A stretch of DNA of 26,268 bases, from positions 1-26,268 of the forward strand of contig DJPK01000060.1 of NCBI GenBank assembly GCA_002438545.1, in the 5' to 3' direction. Positions 19,299 to 26,268 of the stretch are shown here, one piece after another; the stretch's first letter is position 1; every line of letters begins with the position of its first letter. Source of the DNA: Bacillales bacterium UBA6414. Its GTDB lineage: Bacteria > Bacillota_I > Bacilli_A > RF39 > UBA660. The translations under genes and the position numbers were made by a program. The notes beneath the pieces were generated by a model, which saw only the letters and a program-made list of their open reading frames with translations, was not told the DNA's origin and ran no database searches.

Positions 19299-20143
19299 TT
19301 ATTATCACCTACATGATATTCCTTATATATTTCACTCTTAGGAATATTCCTTTCTTTAGCCACCATCTTAATCGTATCCATAACATATAAACCAGATTTA
19401 ACATACATATTAACATGCTCTACTACTGATAAATTACTATAATCATCACTATTTCTTTTAAAGCCATCAACAACTATAACATATTCACCTTTAACTACAT
19501 CAAAACTCTTAATTGCATCACTTATATTTCCACGAAAAACACTTTCATGAAGTTTTGATATTTCTTTAGAAATACTAACATATCTATCCCCAAAAAAATC
19601 CAATATAGCTTGCAAACACTTAATTAAACGATGTGGGGCTTCGTAAAAAATTATCGTATTTTCAAAGTTCTTCAAATTATTTAATTCTTCACGCATCTTA
19701 CTATCTTTACTATTTAAGAAACCATAAAATAAGAAATGTTCAGAAGGAAGCCCAGACACAATAAATGCCGGAACAAAAGCACAAGCCCCCGGTAAACCAA
19801 CAACATTATATCCATTATCACTAACATACTTAACTGTTTTATATCCAGGATCGCTAACAATAGGTGTTCCACGATCAGTTACAATAGCCACATTCTTATT
19901 ATCTTTTAAATAACTTAAAACTTTATCTTTGACCATATCTTCGTTATGATCATGTAATGAAATTAATTTCTTCTTAATATCAAAATGATTCAGTAATACT
20001 AACGTAACTCTTGTATCTTCTGAAAATATTACATCAACATTCTTAAGTACCTCTACTGAACGAAATGTCATATCTTCTAAATTACCTATTGGTGTTGGTA
20101 CTAAATATAACGTTGGCTTCCCATCATAACTATTTTGCCACAT
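19295..20143 (-). CDS. rsmI: 16S rRNA C1402 2'-O-methyltransferase
   Basis: LYLVPTPIGNLEDMT, EDTR, GTPIVSDPG, FYEAPHR. Likely start MWQNS at 20143. Confidence 0.95.
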   Translation of the reverse strand: MWQNSYDGKPTLYLVPTPIGNLEDMTFRSVEVLKNVDVIFSEDTRVTLVLLNHFDIKKKLISLHDHNEDMVKDKVLSYLKDNKNVAIVTDRGTPIVSDPGYKTVKYVSDNGYNVVGLPGACAFVPAFIVSGLPSEHFLFYGFLNSKDSKMREELNNLKNFENTIIFYEAPHRLIKCLQAILDFFGDRYVSISKEISKLHESVFRGNISDAIKSFDVVKGEYVIVVDGFKRNSDDYSNLSVVEHVNMYVKSGLYVMDTIKMVAKERNIPKSEIYKEYHVGDNK

Positions 20144-20870
20144 CATTATCATCTCCAAACATTTTTCTAATTTCTTCACTATATGATCCATCAGCATTAT
20201 GAACAATAACCGGACTAAGTATTTTTAAGCCACTCTTACCATTTTTATTACCTTCAATTAATATTAAATTACAATTAGAATTAACTTTAGAATAACATAA
20301 CTGTAATTTTTTAGGTGTTATATTATACTTTTCCATAACATCTATTATTTCAATTAAACGATCAGGTCGATGAACCATTGCAAAAGTACCACCATTCTTT
20401 AAAAGATAACTAGCTTTTTGAACAATGGTATCTAGATTAACTAAAACCTCATGACGAGATATTCTTTTATTCATATTTAAATTAATATTATCATTATTAC
20501 TATATTTAAAATATGGTGGATTACATGTAATAACATCAAAAAACTCCGCTGAAAACTTATCTTCAACATTATTAATATCTAAAACATCTAAAGAAATCTG
20601 TTTACCCATCTTATTTTCTTGAATTGACTGAATACCCAAATCAATAACTTCTTTTTGAATGTCAATACCATAAATAGATGCTTTAGTTCGAAAAGTAAGA
20701 AGCATCGGAATAGGCGCATTACCACAAGCCATATCTAATATTTTTTTATCTGTAAGTTTAACTGAAACAAAGCTAGAAAGCAATACAGAATCAAGAGAAA
20801 AAGCAAACCATTCATCATCTTGATATATAATATTATCGCCAAAGTTTAATAATCTATTTCTTACTTTCAT
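20130..20870 (-). CDS. yabB: tRNA1(Val) A37 N6-methyltransferase, YabB/TrmN6 family
   Basis: FSLDSVLL, LDMACGNA, NPPYF, RHE, MVHRPDRL; syntenic position. Confidence 0.88.
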   Translation of the reverse strand: MKVRNRLLNFGDNIIYQDDEWFAFSLDSVLLSSFVSVKLTDKKILDMACGNAPIPMLLTFRTKASIYGIDIQKEVIDLGIQSIQENKMGKQISLDVLDINNVEDKFSAEFFDVITCNPPYFKYSNNDNINLNMNKRISRHEVLVNLDTIVQKASYLLKNGGTFAMVHRPDRLIEIIDVMEKYNITPKKLQLCYSKVNSNCNLILIEGNKNGKSGLKILSPVIVHNADGSYSEEIRKMFGDDNDVAK

Positions 20871-21639
20871 ATTCTTCCCAGTCTAATTCAATAATACCTA
20901 CCTCATCATTTCCAACTTTAATAGTATTATTAAATATATCTATTGATAAAACCTTACATTCACCATATTTAGTATCTATCTTGCTTCCAACATTAGGCAT
21001 GTTCTTCTTAGACTCAGTATAATTTTTATTTTCATAGGTTAAGCAACATAAAAGTCTACCACAAACACCATTAATTTTCGTAGGATTTAAAGATAGTTGT
21101 TGATTCTTAGCCATATTAATTGAAACACTAGCAAACTCATTTAAAAAAGTACTGCAACATAATAATCGACCACATGGTCCAATTCCACCAACAAATCTTG
21201 CCTTATCTCTGATTCCAATCTGTCGAAGTTCTATTCTAGTTTTGTAAATTGTGCCCAATTCTTTAGCCAGATTTCTAAAATCTACACGATCCTCTGACAC
21301 AAAACGAAAAATTAGTTGTTCTCTCATAAATGTATAGTAGGCATCGATAATCTTCATATTTAAGCCATATTTTTGTACTAACTTACGACATTTCTTTAGT
21401 GCAAATATTGCATCATTAATATTATCATTATTCTTCTTTATATCATCACTAGTCGCTACTCTAACAACATTTTTATATAAAGAAGCATCAAACTCATCAT
21501 TATTTAAAGCTTTAACTACTCCATACTGTAAACCTTTTTCAGTATCAACAATAACATTCTCTCCAACATTAATAGATAAATCATTACCATTAAAATAAAT
21601 TGCTCTATCATTATCTCCTAATTTAACTAATACTAGCAT
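20854..21639 (-). CDS. yaaT: PSP1-domain protein YaaT/RicT
   Basis: RVDFRNL, RIELRQIG, GPCGRLLCC, MAKNQQLSLNP, CGRLLCCL. Confidence 0.95.
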   Translation of the reverse strand: MLVLVKLGDNDRAIYFNGNDLSINVGENVIVDTEKGLQYGVVKALNNDEFDASLYKNVVRVATSDDIKKNNDNINDAIFALKKCRKLVQKYGLNMKIIDAYYTFMREQLIFRFVSEDRVDFRNLAKELGTIYKTRIELRQIGIRDKARFVGGIGPCGRLLCCSTFLNEFASVSINMAKNQQLSLNPTKINGVCGRLLCCLTYENKNYTESKKNMPNVGSKIDTKYGECKVLSIDIFNNTIKVGNDEVGIIELDWEEYESKK

Positions 21640-21641
21640 AA

Positions 21642-22580
21642 CTAACCTCCTAAAACCATACATAACTTATCAACAAATAAGTTGATATTAACATTAAACT
21701 TAATTAATAACCTTAATTCGTCTAATTTCTCAATTTTATTTAATATAGATTCCATATCTTGATTTCCAATAACTTCCTTAATATAATCTATTTTATCATC
21801 AAAAAATAAATTATCATTACCAACTAAATATTTTAAACAATCGTAATATATATACAAAATAATATCCATAGCCACTACTACCTCTTCTCGTTTTTGAATA
21901 TATTTGTACCATAGCTTATTAGCGTTCACGATACCATCATATCTATTTTTAGATGCTACATTAATAAAATTAAATACTACATCAACAATATTATTATCAA
22001 TAACAAAATTAATTAAATCTTCTTTCCCATCACATATCAAATACTTAACTTTATCTAACGAACTATTATAATTATAATTAGGAATCAACTTAATTAATTG
22101 ACAACGAGAAACAATTGTATCTAACAACGACTCAATATTATTTACCATTAAAATAGCAACAATATTAGGGTTCGGTTCCTCCAAAAACTTCAAAAGAGAA
22201 TTAGCTGTTGATGCATTCATCTTTTCACAGTTTTTAATAACATAAACTCTTGTGCCACCTTCAATACCAACAGTCGAAAAATCCATTTGTAAATCAATAA
22301 TTTGCTCTTTCTTTAACCACATACCATCAGTATCAATAACTTTAAACTCTGTATAATTATTATCACCAATTCTATGACATATAGGACAATCACCACATAA
22401 TTTATTATTTGTATAGTGTTTTGGACATATAATAGCCTTAACAAAAGCCTTAACAAAATCATAAGCACTTTCACACCCATTAGTCTCTACCAAATAAGCA
22501 TGCGAAAGACGATTATTAATCAAAGAACTATTAATAATCTTATATGCTAACACTTGATTATCCATAAAATCGTCCAACAT
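21642..22580 (-). CDS. holB: DNA polymerase III delta' subunit
   Basis: SHAYL, Zn-finger cysteines, ANSLLKFLEEP, TIVSRCQ, degenerate Walker A; ATG at 22580 follows GAGGTG. Confidence 0.92.
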   Translation of the reverse strand: MLDDFMDNQVLAYKIINSSLINNRLSHAYLVETNGCESAYDFVKAFVKAIICPKHYTNNKLCGDCPICHRIGDNNYTEFKVIDTDGMWLKKEQIIDLQMDFSTVGIEGGTRVYVIKNCEKMNASTANSLLKFLEEPNPNIVAILMVNNIESLLDTIVSRCQLIKLIPNYNYNSSLDKVKYLICDGKEDLINFVIDNNIVDVVFNFINVASKNRYDGIVNANKLWYKYIQKREEVVVAMDIILYIYYDCLKYLVGNDNLFFDDKIDYIKEVIGNQDMESILNKIEKLDELRLLIKFNVNINLFVDKLCMVLGG

Positions 22581-22604
22581 CAACAACACCTCACATACAA
22601 ACAT

Positions 22605-22796
22605 TTACTTTATGTAAAAAAAAGAAAATAAAATTAAAGCAAGCATTGATGGAAAACCACATACTGAAACAAAAATAATTGTAAAAAAATTTAACGGTAT
22701 CAAAATACCAAGTGATACACCTAAAGAATTATAAGCATATATAAGTAAAAATGCCATTATAATTCTTTTTATTACATTAATTATTTTTTTTGCCAT
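22605..22796 (-). CDS. bofA: Pro-sigmaK processing inhibitor BofA family protein
   Basis: Small hydrophobic protein with IPLNFFT...GFP motif, directly after recR as in B. subtilis. Confidence 0.75.
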   Translation of the reverse strand: MAKKIINVIKRIIMAFLLIYAYNSLGVSLGILIPLNFFTIIFVSVCGFPSMLALILFSFFYIK

Positions 22797-22810
22797 AATA
22801 TCACCACTAA

Positions 22811-22838
22811 AGCATATGCTAAAATGATAAAATTATGA
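22811..22838 (-). promoter_or_regulatory. Sigma-E-like promoter of bofA
   Basis: TCATA-N15-CATATGCT. Confidence 0.55.
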
Positions 22839-23432
22839 AATGTATTTTCTTTCTTCAAAAGCCATCTCTAAAGTCATAGGGTCAATATATTCAATATCCG
22901 TACCAATAGGAATACCTGTTGCAATACGTGATACTCTAACATTATATTGTTCAATTATTTTTCTAATATATTGTGTAGTTGTTTCACCTTCTAAACTAGG
23001 TTTTAAAGCAATGATAACTTCCTTTACATTACCATTTTTAATTCTATCAACTAAACTTTGTAAATTAACATCATCAGGATTAATACCTTCAAGGGGAGAA
23101 ATAAGTCCATTAAGAACATGATATACACCATCATAATTACCAACTTTTTCAAACAAAATAACATCTTTAGGCTTTTCTACAACAAAGATAACTGAATCAT
23201 TTCTTAATGTATTAGAACATATATCACATAATTCATCGTTCTCTGTAAAATTACCACACTTTTGACATTTTTTGACATTATTCTTAACGTTAACTATACA
23301 ATTAGCAAAATTATCAAGTCTATCAGGTTCAAAATTAAGCATTGAATAAACAAATCTCTCTGCACTTTTCTCACCAACACCAGGCAAATCTCTAAAACAA
23401 TCAATTAATTTTCTTATAGAATTAGAATGCAT
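22833..23432 (-). CDS. recR: Recombination mediator RecR
   Basis: LPGVGEKSA HhH, C4 Zn finger, YHVLNGLISP, Toprim EGETT. Confidence 0.97.
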   Translation of the reverse strand: MHSNSIRKLIDCFRDLPGVGEKSAERFVYSMLNFEPDRLDNFANCIVNVKNNVKKCQKCGNFTENDELCDICSNTLRNDSVIFVVEKPKDVILFEKVGNYDGVYHVLNGLISPLEGINPDDVNLQSLVDRIKNGNVKEVIIALKPSLEGETTTQYIRKIIEQYNVRVSRIATGIPIGTDIEYIDPMTLEMAFEERKYIS

Positions 23433-23731
23433 TACATTAACCCTGAAAGTCCACTACCATATTTACCTAATTTTTTCTCTTTATCAGCTTTAGCCTTACT
23501 AACAGCATCATTAATAGCAACAACAACCATATCTTCTAACATTTCAATATCATCTTTTTCAAAATCTTCATCTAAATCAAATTTAACAGATAATACTTCA
23601 CTATCACCATTAACTTTAACTTTAACCATTGAAGATTCTCCATCATAAACTGTCTTAGATAAATCTTCTTGAATCTTTAATAACTCCTTTTGAATCTTTT
23701 GTGCTTCCATCATCATTCTCTTCATATCCAT
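23432..23731 (-). CDS. ybaB: YbaB/EbfC nucleoid-associated protein
   Basis: AQKIQ...DDIEMLEDMVVVAINDA; lies between dnaX and recR. Confidence 0.93.
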   Translation of the reverse strand: MDMKRMMMEAQKIQKELLKIQEDLSKTVYDGESSMVKVKVNGDSEVLSVKFDLDEDFEKDDIEMLEDMVVVAINDAVSKAKADKEKKLGKYGSGLSGLM

Positions 23732-23750
23732 ATTATAATCATCCTCTCTT

Positions 23751-25466
23751 TTAAATATATTCTATAACATCTTCTCCAACAATATTAACAAGTTTATCTA
23801 TTGAATTACTACTAGAATCAACTTGCATATCATCACTAGAAGATTCACTATCATTATCATTAGTAGTCTTGTTAATATTAGGTAAAACCTTCAAACTATA
23901 TTGTTTACCACTCTTACGATTATTAACGTACTCTAATTTCTTTTGTTCCCAAACATCATCATTCAAAGCAATTACTTTTACCTTATGACCAATCATATCT
24001 TCAAGTAAACGTTCAAATAAAGATAAATTACTATTAACACCATCTACAATAGAGACATATTTACCAGATAAAATAGCATAATCATTACCTGCAGCTCTTG
24101 GAACAACATCTGCTAAAAAACTAGAAATTGCAACATATCTAGCATCAACAATATACTCAGAAACATCACGCCACTTATCAAGCAAATTAGTTAAATAATC
24201 TCTACTTGCTGTCGCAAACGTATTATTAATAACTATTTCCACATAATCATCTGTTGGTAATAATATTTTTTTTGGTTTATGAACAGTCGTGTTATTATTT
24301 ATAGCAACATTATTCTGCTTTTCCACAGATTGTTTCATATTATCAACAGGTTCTACATTATTAACTACTTCCTTATCAACAGAACTGTTGTTAGACATCA
24401 CTCCACATAATTTAAGCAAATTTGCAATCAACAAAACACTTGGATGAACGCTATATTTTAACTTGCCCAATAAATCATTTAATAAATCAATTACATAGTA
24501 AATATCATTTTCATTAAATGTGTAATTAATTTTAACAATACTATCATTTTTACTTTTAATTTCTAGCTCATTACCACAATTCTTATAAACAAGTACATCT
24601 TTTAAAAACAATAGCAATTCCTCAATAAACTTAGATAAGTTAATGCCATCTTTATTTATTTTTTCAATATAACTAACAACATAATTACCATTATTATCTT
24701 TAATATTGCTTAACAACTCAGCAATATCTATATAAGAAATAGTTCCATAAACATTATATACATCATCAATAGTAATATTATTTAAATCATATGAGCATAA
24801 CTGATCTAACAAGTTTATAGAATCTCTCATTCCACCATCCGATACCCTCGCAATTTCATATAAAGCATCATCACTAATACTAATTTTTTCAATATCTGAA
24901 ATTTGTTTCAAACGTTTAACAATATCACTGTCATCTACCCTATTAAATTGAAACTTTTGACATCGAGAACTAATAGTAAGTGGAATCTTATTAGGCTCAG
25001 TCGTTGCTAAAATAAAAATTACATGTTTAGGAGGCTCCTCTAATGTCTTTAATAATGCATTAAAAGCTTGTGTAGTAAGCATATGTACCTCATCAATTAT
25101 ATAAATCTTATATTTACTTTGACTAGGAACTAAATTAACCTTTTCACGTAAATTTCTAATTTCATCAACACCATTATTAGATGCTGCATCTATTTCTATG
25201 ATATCAACACTTTGTTTATTGTTATATTGTAAGCAATTTTCACATTCGTTACATGGCAAATAATCTTTTAAATTTGAGCAATTAACAGTTTTTGCAAGTA
25301 TTTTAGCAATACTTGTTTTTCCTGTTCCTCTAGGTCCACAAAACAAATAAGCATGCGAAATTCTATCATATTTAATAGCATTTTTTAATGTTTTTACAAT
25401 GACTTTTTGACCAACAACTTCATCAAAATTGCTTGGTCTATATTTTCAATATAATACTTGATACAT
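23751..25466 (-). CDS. dnaX: DNA polymerase III gamma/tau subunit, interrupted by an in-frame TGA at codon 7 (25448-25446)
   Basis: True start ATG at 25466 after GAGGTG reads MYQVLY*KYRPSNFDEVVGQ...HAYLFCGPRGTGKT, in frame with the ORF-track protein; IIDEVHML, NALLKTLEEPP, SRC. Confidence 0.95.
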
Positions 25467-25486
25467 GTAACACCTCACTCTTTTCC

Positions 25487-25495
25487 ATTATAGCA
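25487..25495 (-). promoter_or_regulatory. Extended -10 element upstream of dnaX
   Basis: TGCTATAAT, about 20 nt before the ATG. Confidence 0.55.
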
Positions 25496-25514
25496 CAAAA
25501 ATAAAAGGAAAAGT

Positions 25515-25946
25515 TCATTTTTTTCTTCTTTCCTCAAAAAAATTTTTCAGCATATTTAAAGATTCATTAGTTCCCATTGTATTATCAACAGTAATGTTAT
25601 ATTTTTTATCTTGGGAAATATTTTTTAAAGCTCCAAAATCGTGGTTTTCTATAGAATAATAGACCTTTTTTATTCTTGATTGCATAATTGCACCAGTACA
25701 CATCATACAAGGTTCCATCGTTACATATAGTTCACAATCATCCAATCTCCAACGTTTTAATCTCTTTGAAGCTTTACTGATTGCAATAATCTCTGCATGC
25801 ATTAAAGGATTATGCTTTTTTTCTTTTAAATTATGGGCTTTTGCTATTATTTTTCCATTTTTTACAACAACAGCACCAACAGGAACATCACCTTTTTTAT
25901 AACTCTTATAAGCTTCTTTTAAAGCCAATTCCATATAACAATTCAC
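25515..25946 (-). CDS. tadA: tRNA adenosine(34) deaminase TadA family
   Basis: VPVGAVVV, HAE, LYVTMEPCMMC, FFEERR; GTG start after GAGGTG; next to the SRP RNA and dnaX as in Bacillus. Confidence 0.9.
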   Translation of the reverse strand: MNCYMELALKEAYKSYKKGDVPVGAVVVKNGKIIAKAHNLKEKKHNPLMHAEIIAISKASKRLKRWRLDDCELYVTMEPCMMCTGAIMQSRIKKVYYSIENHDFGALKNISQDKKYNITVDNTMGTNESLNMLKNFFEERRKK

Positions 25947-25959
25947 GCTTCACCTCTAC

Positions 25960-25973
25960 CAAACATTTGTTCG
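25960..25973 (-). promoter_or_regulatory. LexA (SOS/Cheo) box upstream of tadA
   Basis: CGAACAAATGTTTG versus the Bacillus consensus CGAACRNRYGTTCG (13/14), a few nt from the RBS. Confidence 0.6.
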
Positions 25974-26002
25974 TATTTTTTTAATTATTTATTATAAAAA
26001 AA

Positions 26003-26078
26003 TAGTGCACACGTTTAGAGGTTTTTAAGGCTGCTATCTTCCAATTCTGACCTGATTCAAACATAATCGTTGCACCAA
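26003..26078 (-). ncRNA. ffs: Small bacterial SRP RNA (4.5S type)
   Basis: Helix-8 signature GAATCAGGTCAGAATTGGAAGATAGCAGCCTTAA with a GGAA tetraloop; terminal stem GGTGCAACG/CGTGTGCACT; T tract downstream. Confidence 0.9.
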
Positions 26079-26082
26079 ATAA

Positions 26083-26111
26083 AATATACTATATTTTTAT
26101 ATTTTTTTCAA
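26083..26111 (-). promoter_or_regulatory. Sigma-A-like promoter of the SRP RNA
   Basis: TTGAAA-N17-TATATT placing +1 at the terminal stem. Confidence 0.5.
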
Positions 26112-26137
26112 CAATTAATGGTATTTTTATTCAAATT

Positions 26138-26151
26138 ATTTCCCGGGAAAT
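26138..26151. promoter_or_regulatory. Noc-binding site (NBS) palindrome
   Basis: ATTTCCCGGGAAAT, an exact match to the B. subtilis NBS consensus. Confidence 0.7.
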
Positions 26152-26268
26152 TTTTTATTACAAAATAAACATAATAACATTATTTTTTTACTAATACACA
26201 TTTATATCAACATATATTAAATTAATTCTAGGGCACATTAACAATATTTATTTCCCAAACTTATATTT

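Noticed and set aside
1251..23648. Antisense and out-of-frame ORFs in the track (1251, 2135, 2368, 6033, 6501, 6900, 9845, 13092, 14050, 16494, 16770, 22840, 23427)
   Set aside because: All overlap well-supported genes and show no recognisable motifs or RBS.
23751..25466. dnaX as a true pseudogene
   Set aside because: Apart from one stop, all motifs, the RBS, the promoter and the operon context are intact, and the gene is essential.

Overview
Very AT-rich (roughly 25% GC by eye) core chromosome segment of a genome-reduced, apparently spore-forming member of Bacillota (gene order resembles class Bacilli, possibly an uncultured RF39-like gut lineage; the taxonomy is an inference). It is a condensed, rearranged version of the B. 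subtilis origin-proximal region. Reading the minus strand from right to left: small SRP RNA, tadA, dnaX, ybaB, recR, bofA, holB, yaaT, yabB, rsmI, pth, mfd, spoVT, T-box-metG, a small membrane ORF, tatD, a SleB-like hydrolase, rsmA, yabG, veg, spoVG, yabP, yabQ, divIC, an inverted tilS-ftsH pair, parA, parB, csp, a YjcZ-like peptide (+), a diacylglycerol glycosyltransferase (+) and a collagen-like protein. I found no mobile element or CRISPR. The main oddities are: (1) an in-frame TGA at the conserved Arg codon 7 of dnaX; (2) a near-perfect LexA/SOS box directly before a TadA that naturally carries I/N at the positions matching the DNA-enabling A106V/D108N base-editor mutations; (3) recurrent inverted DnaA-box-like pairs with a 4-bp spacer inside mfd, pth, holB and the dnaX linker; (4) a perfect Noc-binding site; (5) a SleB-type hydrolase with a structured leader in the yabE/rpfB slot; (6) two small membrane-peptide ORFs missed by the ORF track.
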